A stretch of DNA of 63,963 nucleotides, counting the filler, from Thraustochytrium aureum (lineage: Eukaryota): NCBI GenBank assembly GCA_012862495.1. It is 5 parts of 3 records of this genome, joined end to end, with 100 filler letters (N's around TTAATTAATTAA, not from the genome) between each part and the next. Parts side by side here need not be neighbours in the genome. Positions count along the whole stretch, not along the records: positions 30,165 to 54,466 come from BLSG01000114.1; 4 more parts are not named here. One strand, written 5' to 3'. Positions 30,165 to 43,702 of this stretch are shown here, piece after piece; within the stretch, counting starts at the first letter, position 1, and each line of letters begins with the position of its first letter. The translations under genes were made by a program, and so were the position numbers. The notes beneath the pieces were generated by a model, which worked only from the letters and a program-made list of their open reading frames with translations, had not been told where the DNA came from and ran no database searches.

Positions 30165-32609
30165 CACATGCACCCGCGGAAAGCCTGGAACGGGTCGAGC
30201 TGAACGCACGGCCGCTGCGCGCCTTTCTTGATCGCGTCTTGGATCTCGGCCACGCTGATTTCATAGGGCGTCTCAGCCCGGCGCGCGGAAGTCGCAACGC
30301 CCTGGCCCGACGAGAGCGACACGCTCTCGTCGCCGCCAGCGCCAAGATCTGCTGCCCCAGTGCTAATCTCCAGCGAGTCATTCATCGAGCGGTCATCGTC
30401 CTCCTCCTCCGGCATCGTGTCCAACGAGGGCTCGCCCTCCTCCGATCTGCCGGCGTCCTGGTCTGACCCGCCGCTCGAAAAGTCCACCGCAGAGGTCGCG
30501 TCAGGAGCTGCTGCTACCCTGTCCCCGCCCTCGCTGCCGCTGTCCGGGAGGCCCATGCTGCGCTTGTATGCCGCCAGGTCGAACTGCTCGACACGCTGCT
30601 CGCACGGGTTGTATTTGGCGCCAGTGACCCGCTCCTCGAGCTCGTTGAACACCAAGTGCCATCCGCGGTATTGAAACCTCACCGGCTCGGTCACGAGGCG
30701 CGGATGCTCTGGAGTGAGGATTTTGTCCGGCTCTGTCTGGACGGCGAGCACGAGGTCAGTGAGAGAGTCCCAGGTCTCTGTAAACTCCTTTTCGAGGTCC
30801 TGGAACACGGTCACGAGCGGGTTCGAGTTCGCTTCGAGCATGTGGATCCCGCCGTTGCTATCGATGATCCAGTCCAGCGCAAAGACCTGATAGACGCCCT
30901 TGCGGCGCGTCACGAACGGCCGCGAGACCTGGAACACGTAGTTTTGCACCTTGATCGCGTGCGGGCGGAACACGCGCTCCATATAGTCGGCGGGAAACCC
31001 CGATTCTTCGTGGAGCGTGCGCTGCAGGCGTTCAAAGCCGTAAAAGTGGTCCTCCGACGACTGCGAATTCGCGTTGGTGATATGCGCGTTCCTGTCGGCA
31101 AGGTTGTCAGAGTACGCGCTGTTGGCCTTGCGGGCAAACCCGTCGTGGTAAAAAACGAGCTGCGGGTCGAGGCTCGCAACGACCAGGAACGAGCGCACGT
31201 CGAACTTGTGCCTGCTCAAGAGGGCCGGCGTCAGGTACGGCATGATGATGAACTTTTTCCGCGTCGCCTCGGCGCTGCAGCTTGGATGCGCAGCCCGAAT
31301 CGGGGCACAGCCGGCGCGCGGCTGCATCCCTGCGCCATGCTGGCCCCCGGACGGCTTTTCCATCCACATGCGGTTTGGCTCGTGCTTGCAGGCCACCTCA
31401 AAAAAGCGCTGACACTCGTCTGCGATCCACAGTCGGTACTGCGCAGGCTGGATACCGAGCTGGTCGTAGTCACACCCGTTCTTTTGGGCAAACTCTGCGC
31501 GGCACCGCAGCTGGGTCCCCTTGGTGCCCCCAAAGCAGCTCTGGCCCCCGTACCCGATGTTGTTGATGATGGCCTTGCGGTACCGCTTCAGCATTTGCGC
31601 TGCTGTGGCTTGGTCTTGGACAAAGATCCACCCCGAGAGCAGCGGCGCGGTCTGCATGTAGCTCCAGCCCTTGGTCTTGAGCTGCTGCANNNNNNNNNNN
31701 NNNNNNNNNNNNNNNNNNNNNNNNNNNNNNNNNNNNNNNNNNNNNNNNNNNNNNNNNNNNNNNNNNNNNNNNNNNNNNNNNNNNNNNNNNNNNNNNNNNN
31801 NNNNNNNNNNNNNNNNNNNNNNNNNNNNNNNNNNNNNNNNNNNNNNNNNNNNNNNNNNNNNNNNNNNNNNNNNNNNNNNNNNNNNNNNNNNNNNNNNNNN
31901 NNNNNNNNNNNNNNNNNNNNNNNNNNNNNNNNNNNNNNNNNNNNNNNNNNNNNNNNNNNNNNTCCGGGGACCTAGCAGAGTCAGCCAAGCCCGCATCCGC
32001 CTCAGCCTCGGCTTCGGCCTCTGCGGCCTCCTCGAGGTCAAGGTCCGAGCCACCGCTTGTACCCGAGCGAGCGCGACGCCGCCAGCTGCGTGCGCGAGAG
32101 GCGCCCTGGAGCCGCGCGCTTTCGGCGATCTCTGGCGAAAAGTCAATCTCCGGGAACCGAGCCTGAACAAAGCCCAAGAGCTCCGTTACGCCGCCGAGGA
32201 AGACCCTCCGCTGGTTGAGCCGGTTGAAGATCACAGGCGCTGAGTTGTGCTCCGCGGGAACCTGGGCCGTGTCCTTGCGCGACTCGAGCCACTCATCGAA
32301 CTCCGCCTTCGTTGGCGCCGTCCAGGAGTAGATGAAGACAGTGTCGCTGTGGCTGGACTTGATCTTTGCCAGTACGTTGTTCGCGAGCTCGGTGTGCTCG
32401 CAACCTGCAAACCCCACCGCTGTGTATACTTGCACGCCTTCGGCGCCCCCTGGCGTGGGGTCTAGAAGGCCTTCGTTTGGCAGCAGGTTGCTGAAGACTA
32501 ACACGCGGTCGAGCACGCGAACTGTCCCGATCTGGTTGATCACAAGCACCCAGACGCACGTCAGCAGCAGGATAAACACGTGGAAGAGCCGAAACTTGAA
32601 CCCCGCCAT
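30165..32609 (-). CDS. Tubulin-tyrosine-ligase (TTL/TTLL)-family ATP-grasp protein with N-terminal signal anchor and glutaredoxin-like domain (gap 31690-31962; 3' truncated)
   Basis: TTL motifs WMEKP, KFDVRSF, YHDGFAR, HITN, FALDWIID, LEANSNP. Upstream of the gap: MAGFKFRLFHVFILLLTCVWVLVINQIG, then GFAGCEHT...HNSAPVIF...FLGGVTEL. Confidence 0.8.
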
Positions 32610-33229
32610 CGCGCCACACTCCACCGTCTCACTTGTGTTGCAGCAGATTCGGCCCAGGCCGACGGAAGCTTTTTCCCGCGCTGCCTGACCGCCTCGGCGC
32701 GTTGGCACCCGAGGCCCCGCAACTGCTGCGCTCTTCGCAACCGACTGTAATCCCCCGCTTCGCCGCGCGATGCCGGCCAGCACCCCCGCGCGCGTGCAGA
32801 GTTGGAGGACTGTCCCTGTTTTCGCTTCCAAGTAAGTAGGTAGGTAGTCGATCTCGCTCTGTGGGGTCTTGTGCCCCCCAAATGACGTGCAGATCCAGGA
32901 AAGACTAGTCGCAATGGCGGCCCGTTACGATGGCGCAGATGCTTGTCATGGAACAGCTCACGATCTCGTCCGACCTCGAGGGAACGATGCCTGGCACTGC
33001 GGCGGTGGCATTGCTGCTCGCTCCTCGAGTGCTCGGTTTCATGATGGTCAATGCCACTACGGATCAGACTCTTTTTTAATTCAGTATGATTGTCTTTCTC
33101 GTTCTGGTTCGCGAATCGCCGCGGCTCCCCACGCAGGTGTGGATGGCAGGGACGGGATCCTGCGCTCGGGGTCCATTTCGTTCCCGCTCACACGCACATT
33201 GCGGCTATTCCCGGTTGGCGACGGCCTTT

Positions 33230-35260
33230 TCATGATGATTTTTTTACAGAATGGTCGAAATCCTGCTCTACGCCGAGCCCGTCCGCTTTCGCTGCGTCGA
33301 TCCGCCGCGCCCAGGCATCGATGCGCGAGCTAACGAGGGAGTGGGTGCGCGGCGAAAGAGGCTGCGCAGCGCACGTCGTCTCCGGCTCGCCCTCGGCGTC
33401 CTCCGTGGCCCCAAAAAGCTTGCTCGAGACCCAAGTCTTCAGTTTGGTCTTGACAATCTCGGCGCTGCGCGGCGAGAGGATCGGCCCGTCCTCCTCCCCA
33501 TTCACAAAGTCGTTGATCTCCTCGCCAAGAAACTTTTCGCCCCAAAGGCGAAGCTTTTCCTTCACGAAACCGCGGCTGCTCCCGCTGCTGCTGCGACGAC
33601 GGTACCGGACGCCGTCTTCCACGCCTGGAGGAAGAAAGGCACCGCCGTCAACACCATCTGCCAGTGACGGCAGGAGCGGGGCGCCGCCCGGATCGAGGTG
33701 GCTCACGAAGAGCGTCGCTGCGTCCAGGCAGCCAAGCTTGAGGAGCGCAGGCGAAAACTGCAACGTGAGCTCGAGGCGCTGCACGATCCCGCCGTGAGCG
33801 GCGAAGAGGTGCACTGCGACGCGCTCGTAGCCATCTTGCGCTGGGCGCAACAGGCCTTGGACGCGCATAGCTGCCTGAGCCCAAATCGCGGCGTGCAGCC
33901 AGCTCCTAGTGTACACTTTGAGGAACGGCGTTGACTTGCCCACCTTGCAGAGGCAAAACCCTGGCGCGGCCTCGCTCGGCTCTGGTCTCAGCTCCGTCTC
34001 TCGATCATCATCCTCCAGGGCCATGAACCGCACGGACGTCCGGAAAAGGTTGACTGAAGCTCTCGAAACGTTGACGCCCACGAGGACGGCCGCCCGGGTC
34101 GGTGCGTAGACGAGCTCGCCGTCAAAGCCGATGCTCATGTATACTCTCTCGTTCTGCACAGAGACCCACCCGTGGAACTGAATTCCCACCAAGGGCTCGT
34201 AGGGCTCCGCATCGTGGGGGCAGCAGGGAGAGAAGGACGCCTCAAGAACCTCGGCAGAGAAGGACCGCTCGACGCCATCGGGCAAGTCGCCCACGCCGCG
34301 CGCCCAGGCGCTGCGCGACTGCGGGTCGACTGGGTAGGGAATGGCGAGAGTTGCACGCTCACCACTGGCATCAACAGAGCGAATGGCTCGGTCCCTCGCC
34401 TCCCCGTCCAGCTCGAAGAGAAAGGTTTTCCAGTCCGGGACAGGGGCGCTCCTCTCGCCATGCGCGCTCACGCGCACTGCCAAGCGTGGCGCAGCCCGTT
34501 TCGCGCAGCGAATTGCGGACGCCGGGCCCATGGTCACGCCGTCCTCCGCTTTAGGGCATTCGCGGTGGGACTTTAGCATGCCTGCCAACACGAGATTCTC
34601 GCTTGACGCGAACGCGCCGCCGCACTTTGCACAGGTCGGCACCTGGTCCCCGACGATGAGCTCGAGCTGGTCGCGGGCCGCTGTCACCTGCGCCTTGACT
34701 TCAGGCTCTGTGCACACCGCCACATGCGACTCTCGCTTTGCCATGCGAGGTGTGCCCACAACGACCTCGCGGACCTGGGCAGAGCCGTGCTTGGCGCAGT
34801 GCAGCACAGCTAGTCCGTCACAAACTGCTGCCCGGTATTGCGAACTTTGAAGCAGCGAGGGTCCTGACTCGGGGACGGGCTCCTTGCCGGCCAGACTCGC
34901 GCCGCACGTCGCGCAGCGCAGGCACGCTTTGTGGAAGGCCTGTTCGCGCGAGTTTAATGCCTTGTCGTGCATGTACACGATCTTCCAGCACACGTTGCAC
35001 TCCTTCTTCTGCCAGCTGTTGTTCAGCCCGCTGCTCTCGCCGCCGTTCAGAGCGCTCGCTTTGGCGCGGATCGCGATTCCCTGAGCCGGCTTCGGGCTGA
35101 CCGGCCCTCTCGACTGCGCGAGGACGAGGTCCCTGGACCTTGCGCTGGCGTCTCCGCCCCTCACGGCGCCAAACGTCGCGACATCGATCTTTAGCGCGGC
35201 GTCTTCCGCCTCCGCTGCGCCGCGCTCGCCGCAGCACAAGCTGCTCAACTCGTTGCCCAT
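33230..35260 (-). CDS. N-myristoylated LIM-domain protein (676 aa)
   Basis: Starts MGNELSSLCCG; LIM CNVCWKIVY...FHKACLRCATCGASL...LHCAKH; second half-LIM CAKCGGAF...HREC; remainder unrecognised. Confidence 0.75.
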   Translation of the reverse strand: MGNELSSLCCGERGAAEAEDAALKIDVATFGAVRGGDASARSRDLVLAQSRGPVSPKPAQGIAIRAKASALNGGESSGLNNSWQKKECNVCWKIVYMHDKALNSREQAFHKACLRCATCGASLAGKEPVPESGPSLLQSSQYRAAVCDGLAVLHCAKHGSAQVREVVVGTPRMAKRESHVAVCTEPEVKAQVTAARDQLELIVGDQVPTCAKCGGAFASSENLVLAGMLKSHRECPKAEDGVTMGPASAIRCAKRAAPRLAVRVSAHGERSAPVPDWKTFLFELDGEARDRAIRSVDASGERATLAIPYPVDPQSRSAWARGVGDLPDGVERSFSAEVLEASFSPCCPHDAEPYEPLVGIQFHGWVSVQNERVYMSIGFDGELVYAPTRAAVLVGVNVSRASVNLFRTSVRFMALEDDDRETELRPEPSEAAPGFCLCKVGKSTPFLKVYTRSWLHAAIWAQAAMRVQGLLRPAQDGYERVAVHLFAAHGGIVQRLELTLQFSPALLKLGCLDAATLFVSHLDPGGAPLLPSLADGVDGGAFLPPGVEDGVRYRRRSSSGSSRGFVKEKLRLWGEKFLGEEINDFVNGEEDGPILSPRSAEIVKTKLKTWVSSKLFGATEDAEGEPETTCAAQPLSPRTHSLVSSRIDAWARRIDAAKADGLGVEQDFDHSVKKSS

Positions 35261-36173
35261 CCGGACACGGTGCACGCAACCNNNNNNNNNNNNNNNNNNN
35301 NNNNNNNNNNNNNNNNNNNNNNNNNNNNNNNNNNNNNNNNNNNNNNNNNNNNNNNNNNNNNNNNNNNNNNNNNNNNNNNNNNNNNNNNNNNNNNNNNNNN
35401 NNNNNNNNNNNNNNNNNNNNNNNNNNNNNNNNNNNNNNNNNNNNNNNNNNNNNNNNNNNNNNNNNNNNNNNNNNNNNNNNNNNNNNNNNNNNNNNNNNNN
35501 NNNNNNNNNNNNNNNNNNNNNNNNNNNNNNNNNNNNNNNNNNNNNNNNNNNNNNNNNNNNNNNNNNNNNNNNNNNNNNNNNNNNNNNNNNNNNNNNNNNN
35601 NNNNNNNNNNNNNNNNNNNNNNNNNNNNNNNNNNNNNNNNNNNNNNNNNNNNNNNNNNNNNNNNNNNNNNNNNNNNNNNNNNNNNNNNNNNNNNNNNNNN
35701 NNNNNNNNNNNNNNNNNNNNNNNNNNNNNNNNNNNNNNNNNNNNNNNNNNNNNNNNNNNNNNNNNNNNNNNNNNNNNNNNNNNNNNNNNNNNNNNNNNNN
35801 NNNNNNNNNNNNNNNNNNNNNNNNNNNNNNNNNNNNNNNNNNNNNNNNNNNNNNNNNNNNNNNNNNNNNNNNNNNNNNNNNNNNNNNNNNNNNNNNNNNN
35901 NNNNNNNNNNNNNNNNNNNNNNNNNNNNNNNNNNNNNNNNNNNNNNNNNNNNNNNNNNNNNNNNNNNNNNNNNNNNNNNNNNNNNNNNNNNNNNNNNNNN
36001 NNNNNNNNNNNNNNNNNNNNNNNNNNNNNNNNNNNNNNNNNNNNNNNNNNNNNNNNNNNNNNNNNNNNNNNNNNNNNNNNNNNNNNNNNNNNNNNNNNNN
36101 NNNNNNNNNNNNNNNNNNNNNNNNNNNNNNNNNNNNNNNNNNNNNNNNNNNNNNNNNNNNNNNNNNNNNNNNN

Positions 36174-36902
36174 GAAGGCAAAGAAGGTACGCAGTGGAAG
36201 CTCCTGGGGCTGATCGGCTGGTGCGGCTTTGCAGGGATCACGGGCGGCAACTCTGTGCTGTTTGCGAAAAGCACCGTCGAGCTGCTCAAGGACGCGTTCC
36301 ACGGCGACCCCGTCTTCCTCTCGCTTGACACCTACGTCATTATTGCCGCCATGGTCGTGTGCCTGCTGACGCAGATCAGCTTTTTGAACGGTGCGATGCG
36401 GCGCTTTGACCAGCTCTACGTGTTGCCCGTGTACCAGTCGTACTGGATTATCAGTGGCGTGGTGGGCGGGCTCGTCTACTTTGGGGGAATTCGTAAGTGG
36501 GGGGTGCGGTCGCGCGCGGCGCTGCTGTCGCGTGGCTCGTTCGCTAACTCCAAGGCCGAGCGTTTGCAGGAAGACCTCAGCGCATGGCAAATCAATATGT
36601 TTCTGCTCGGCACGTTGATCACCCTTTCGGGCCTCTTCGTCCTAACCCGCAAGGAGAACCACACCCTCAATAACTCTGGCCGTCAACCCGCCTTTGAGGT
36701 CTTGCCGAGCAGGCGCATTAGCGAAGACAGCTTTGTCGGCTACGACGAAGACGAGGGGGTCCACCTCGAGCTTACCGATTCGCGAAAGCGCGGCAAGGGT
36801 GCGGCTCGCTCGCATGCACGGTCCAACTCGAGCTCGTCGACCAGTTCCGAGGCGGACGACCCTCGACGCCGCTCTGGGTCAAACTTTGCGGTGGACTTGT
36901 GA
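36174..36902 (+). CDS. NIPA-family magnesium transporter, 3' part; intron 36493-36569
   Basis: GGNSVLFAKS...TQISFLNGAMRRFD...PVYQSYWIISGVVGGLVYFG; GTAAGT donor, GCTAAC branch point and TTGCAG acceptor; strongly similar to the paralog at 43703-44824. Confidence 0.88.
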   Translation, partial: EGKEGTQWKLLGLIGWCGFAGITGGNSVLFAKSTVELLKDAFHGDPVFLSLDTYVIIAAMVVCLLTQISFLNGAMRRFDQLYVLPVYQSYWIISGVVGGLVYFGGIRKWGVRSRAALLSRGSFANSKAERLQEDLSAWQINMFLLGTLITLSGLFVLTRKENHTLNNSGRQPAFEVLPSRRISEDSFVGYDEDEGVHLELTDSRKRGKGAARSHARSNSSSSTSSEADDPRRRSGSNFAVDL

Positions 36903-37543
36903 CGCACTGACCCTTCATTGACTCTGTGGCGGGGTGGCAGGGTGGCGGGGGGCAGATTCCGCTCTTTGGCGGTTCGACGCTTTGCGAGCACTATCAAACC
37001 TCAGCGAGACGCTTTGCAACTTGTTCTCGACGTCGCCCGAGCAACGGAAGCGCGGTCGTTGGTGCAGTTCTGATTCGTTGGTACAATTCTGATGAGCCCT
37101 CGTCAAGCGGCAGCGACAACAAGTGGATTTTCTTCAAGTCTGTTCGAAATCATGTGCAGCGGCGGTTCTGCGGCGTGCTCACGCGCGCTTGCNNNNNNNN
37201 NNNNNNNNNNNNNNNNNNNNNNNNNNNNNNNNNNNNNNNNNNNNNNNNNNNNNNNNNNNNNNNNNNNNNNNNNNNNNNNNNNNNNNNNNNNNNNNNNNNN
37301 NNNNNNNNNNNNNNNNNNNNNNNNNNNNNNNNNNNNNNNNNNNNNNNNNNNNNNNNNNNNNNNNNNNNNNNNNNNNNNNNNNNNNNNNNNNNNNNNNNNN
37401 NNNNNNNNNNNNNNNNNNNNNNNNNNNNNNNNNNNNNNNNNNNNNNNNNNNNNNNNNNNNNNNNNNNNNNNNNNNNNNNNNNNNNNNNNNNNNNNNNNNN
37501 NNNNNNNNNNNNNNNNNNNNNNNNNNNNNNNNNNNNNNNNNNN

Positions 37544-38513
37544 CCATCTTGCCGTTTCGCAACTCGTCCTGGCGCTGGCGCGCAGCAACCATTGTCGCGG
37601 ACGAGTCGACCTCGCTGCGCGCGGAAGCCAGCTGGATCTTGGACAGGTTGGAGCCAAGCTTGCGCACGGCTTTGTTGAACAGGGCCAAGAGCTGCGAGGT
37701 GGGCAAGTCGTACTCGGCGGCCAGCGTGTCCACGTCCTTGCACTGCAGGCCCATCCCGACGAGGAGCGCCCTCTGCAGCAGCGACAGCGACATCGATTCC
37801 GGGAGCCGCCGCTCAAAGAACAGACCCGCTAGTCGCGGCAAAAGGTCGGTGATCATGTGGAAGTCCACGAGGTTGCGCGAGTACGAGTCGAGGCGCTTAA
37901 AGTCGTGCGGGAGGAACATCATGTCGAGCTCCGCGGCGGAGACCGGCTTGGACGTGTCCGCCTGCTCAGCCTGCTCCTGGCCAGCGTCGATTTGGTCGTT
38001 CGAGCTGCGCTCGCCGGTTTTGTTGGAGGCCGCGCTGAGGATGCTGAGCGCAACCGTCGAGGAAATCTCGCGGAAGGGCCCAGCAAGGAGGGAGAGGAAT
38101 CGCCGGCAAAAGTCTTGGCAGAACCTGTTTCGAGCGCGATCAAAGAGGTCAGAACGGCGAATCGCATCGAGCCGGGCGACTGGGCGCCGCTGGGCAGCAA
38201 AATAGCCCAAAAAGCAAATGGAGTCGCTCGTTGTTGGCACCGTAACTGTCGGCACGGCCATGTCTCGCGCCGCGCCGTCATGAAAGCGCCTGCTTGGGCA
38301 TGCTGTTGCGCTCGGTCGCTGGCAGCGCCGCGAGCCTGGAGGTAGGCGGGACGCTTTCTCGCCGCGAGCGCAAGGCTCGGACCGGACAGAGGCGGCGCCC
38401 TGCCTCGCAGACCCTGGCGATGGTGGCCAGCAACGAATCGGTGGGGGAGCGCGAGCGATGCAGCGGAGGCTGAGGCTGCCTTCACAGCTTGCAAGAGGCG
38501 CGGCGCAAACAAT

Positions 38514-38545
<32 letters not shown>

Positions 38546-41201
38546 CAAGCGAAAGAGCCAACAGCAGAACGAACGGCGCGCGGCGCGGCAAGCAACGTAC
38601 CCTTCCTCCCAGCCCTTGTCCAGGCCGCTTGGCAGGTCGCCCGTTTCCAGGGGCTTGAGCATGATGCAGGTGTACTCGCCAGTGAGCTCGTTCGCCGTCT
38701 GCCGGAGATAGACGGGGCGAAATCCCGCAGAAGACCAAAAGTTGAAGAGGTCCTTGGTCATCCCGTACGAGACCGAGAGATAGTGCAGGCGCGGCGGGCG
38801 CATGTCTGTGAGCGGAACCAGCAGCGGCGGGAGCTTCTTTCGCGGCCGAATCTTCTCGCCCTGGAGACCCTTGTCCGAGGACTTTACCTCGAGCGCGTCG
38901 ATGTTTTCGAATCCCGCCTCGCTCTCGGAAGCCACGTCCGGGTTTGCCAGCTCGCCCTGATAGTAGCGGTCAAGGAGCTCCAGCGCGCGACGGCCGTAGC
39001 CCATGCGCGTGGCGCCTGGGTTGGTGGCGATGCGCACCACGCGCGCACCATCAAGCTGCGCAAACTCGTTGTCTTGGAACTGCTGCGAGACGGTCCAGGG
39101 TACGAGGTCTCCGCTGGCGCGGTTGCCCTGGCGCAGCTGCTCGCGCACGCTCGCTTTGGCAATGCCGCCCTCGAGCGACACTTGCACTGCGCAGAGAATG
39201 TCGGGCAGCGCGCCATCCGCCGCGTCAGAGTCGTCCTGCGGCCCCAACAGCACAAAGAGGCGGTGCGCCGGGGCGTCCGATAGAAGGAGCAGGTCGTTCG
39301 GCGAGTTCTTGTAGTGCGAGGCCACAAAGAGCGAGACGATACGCTGCAGCATGGCCTCGCTCACCGTGTGGTGCGACAAGAGCACGTCCCTATCGACAGC
39401 AAAGAGCTGCGTCGACGACGGGTGCGGCGTGCCGCGCGTCAAGTGGTGCTTGGCGTTCGTGGCGTCGAGACAGAGCGTCCGGTTGAGCCAAGCTTCCACC
39501 GGGTCTCCGCTGGCGTATCGGATGGGCTCCTCGAGCACAATCTCGCGGAGAGAGCGAGTAGCAGTTGAAGCGGGNNNNNNNNNNNNNNNNNNNNNNNNNN
39601 NNNNNNNNNNNNNNNNNNNNNNNNNNNNNNNNNNNNNNNNNNNNNNNNNNNNNNNNNNNNNNNNNNNNNNNNNNNNNNNNNNNNNNNNNNNNNNNNNNNN
39701 NNNNNNNNNNNNNNNNNNNNNNNNNNNNNNNNNNNNNNNNNNNNNNNNNNNNNNNNNNNNNNNNNNNNNNNNNNNNNNNNNNNNNNNNNNNNNNNNNNNN
39801 NNNNNNNNNNNNAACTCGTTGGTGCGCCAGGCCTCCGTCGGCGGCGCTCTTGGCGCGCGCGGCGGTCTGGCGAAGCTGGCTGATTAGCTTGAGGGACAGA
39901 GACCGCCCGGTTCCCTCGTAGCCGTTGATCGTGCTCGAGAGGAACACCAAGTAAGGGCCGATGAGCTTGCGCACGAGAGGGAGCGGGATGGCGGCGGCCT
40001 CGTCGATCACGACAAGCTCGGCCTGCGCGAGCTTCTCGTGGTCTTGGGGCTGGATGTACTGAATGGTCTGGCGGTGCGCATGGAAAATGCTGACGCGAAC
40101 CACCGCCTTGTTGAAGTCTGGGTTGGTGCTCTGCACGACCTCGTAGTCCAGGTGCTCCTTGTACTCTAGCGCGTCGAATGCTTTGAAGATAAACTCGAAC
40201 ACCGTCTTCAGGTTTTCGGGGCTCGGCGACGTCACAAAAATGTTGCTGTACCCAAAGGCCACTGCAGAGGCGATCGCAATACCAAGCGCTGCCGACTTGC
40301 CTCGGCCGCGACCTGCAGTCAGGGTCACAGTGGAGGCGAGTGACTTGTCCGCCACCACGTCCAAAAAGGCCAGGAGGGCCTTGGCCTGGTCGACGGTCTT
40401 CGCGAGACCGACGAGGCTCGCTGCGGGCTGCGTTCCGGCGAGGGACTCCTTGAGCTTGGCGAGCTTGGAAGCCTGGGCCTTGGCGATGTTCCACTCTTCG
40501 ACAGCTTCGTCGGCGTCGCCGAGCTCGGGCCGGTCGATTGTCTCGAGGGGCTGGATGTCGCGAATGTGCTTTGACACGGGCAGGATGTTGAGCTCGTCGT
40601 CCACAACGACGCAGGTCTCGCACGAGCTCAAGCTCAGGAGCCAGCGCTCATTGAAGCGTGGCTTGACCACGCTGTGTGCCTCGGTGCGAAACCTCGCGTG
40701 AACGTCCATGGCCATGGTGTACAGCTGCTTGAGCGAGTCGAGCTTCTTCAGAAGCACGACGACGGCGCCGCCGCCTTCGACGGTCTCGATGGTGCGCGCA
40801 AGAAGGTTCGGGGTGAGCGCCTCAAAGTCTTGGAGGACGCACATGCCGAACGTCTGGCCGAGGACCTTTTCCGACTCCTTGTAAAAGGTCCAGCGGATGT
40901 TGGTGCTCGCGATGAACAGCTCGAAGGGGTCGTCGCGCTCGGGGTCGTACAGGCCGCGCTGCACCATCTTTTTAATTTGCTTCATGCGCTTCTTCTTGTA
41001 CGAGGAGAAGCCGAGGTCCTTCTTGTAGCACCACAGCACGCTGGGCCTGGCCTTGATCTGCAGCTTGGACAGCATGTAGTGCAGGTTGACCACTTGGTCC
41101 TTTCCATTGTCGCCCACGACCACGATCAAGGACCGGTGCTTGGTCTTGACGCAGTTGCTCAGCAGCGTGCGGATGCGTTCGTCCACCTTTTTGCGGACCA
41201 T
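37544..41201 (-). CDS. NAT10: RNA cytidine acetyltransferase NAT10/Kre33; intron 38125-38600; internal gap; 3' end in gap
   Basis: MVRKKVDERIRTL, DQVVNLHYMLSK, DFEALTPNLLARTIETVEGGG, TAGRGRGKSAALG, DEAAAIPLP, SSTINGYEGTGRSLSLKL, HYKNSPNDL, GARVVRIAT, YLRQTANELTGE. WEEG|FCQDF splices in frame. Confidence 0.97.
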
Positions 41202-41559
41202 CTTGCCCAGAGCCCTTCGCGCTTGCGCACCTCCGCTTCTGCGAGACTCTTCAGAGGGCAGGGCCGCGCGCGACTGTCCGCCTGTCTTGACCCGCGCTGC
41301 TCGTTTGCCTCCTTTGCTTCGGGCTTGCCTTCCGGCGAGCTCTGCTACACGCTGGGGCGCCTGTGCTTTGAACGTCAACCAAAAGCGTTCCGCACAATCT
41401 CAATCATTTCGGGAAACGTTGGGGAGAACGGCGTCGGAAATGCTGGATTCTGGGGAGACGGAGGGCAAGCTTGCTGCTGGCACGTACCGGTAGCGCTTCG
41501 CCGCATCGGCATCGGGCTCGGCAAGTACTTGCCAGGCTTGCGATCTAGCTAGATCTCTA

Positions 41560-41706
41560 CCTTGGCAAGGCTTGTGATGCTCAAGCCTTGGCAAGGCTTG
41601 TGATGCTCAAGTCTGTCAAGTCTGCCACGCGGAATGAAAAATGATTATCGCTGGCCTTGCCACGCGGAATGAAAAATGATTATCGCTGGCCTTGCCACGC
41701 GGAATG
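41560..41706. repeat. Two adjacent short tandem duplications (26-bp x2; 35-bp x2.4)
   Basis: CCTTGGCAAGGCTTGTGATGCTCAAG at 41560 and 41586; TGCCACGCGGAATGAAAAATGATTATCGCTGGCCT at 41623 and 41658, partial at 41693. Confidence 0.9.
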
Positions 41707-41782
41707 GAGTGACGGGGAACGAGACCGCGGCTGTGGCCCAGAGCTCTCCGACCTGATCGGCAGCAGCGCCCGCGAAATCAGT

Positions 41783-43393
<1,611 letters not shown>

Positions 43394-43405
43394 CCTTGCC
43401 ACTCA

Positions 43406-43496
43406 CTCACGGCTGGCTGCCTCGGTCCTCAACTTGGGGTCCTTTCGCGCTCACGGCTGGCTGCCTCGGTCCTCAACTTGGGGTCCTTTCGCGCTC
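43406..43496. repeat. 44-bp exact tandem duplication directly upstream of the METAP2 start
   Basis: CTCACGGCTGGCTGCCTCGGTCCTCAACTTGGGGTCCTTTCGCG at 43406 and 43450. Confidence 0.92.
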
Positions 43497-43702
43497 TGGC
43501 CGTCCCGACCATGAGGATGTCACGGTCAGTCAGCGTTCGCTGAACATGCACCACCATGATCTTCATCAGACAGAGATCAAAGAAAACGAAAACGAGACGG
43601 TGAGTTTTGTGTGCACGTGATGAGTGGCACTTACTAGTTCGAAGGAGTACTTCGGAAACGAGATCGAGAAGGCGGGATCTATTCTTTCAACAGGAGAACT
43701 AC

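Noticed and set aside
27850..32609. Single giant TTL-MORN-PHD gene on the minus strand
   Set aside because: The two ORFs are separated by the artificial linker at 30065-30164 and are not physically adjacent.
41560..41706. Box C/D snoRNA upstream of NAT10
   Set aside because: TGATG/ATGA-like words arise within simple tandem duplications; no canonical RTGATGA...CTGA pair with a terminal stem was seen.
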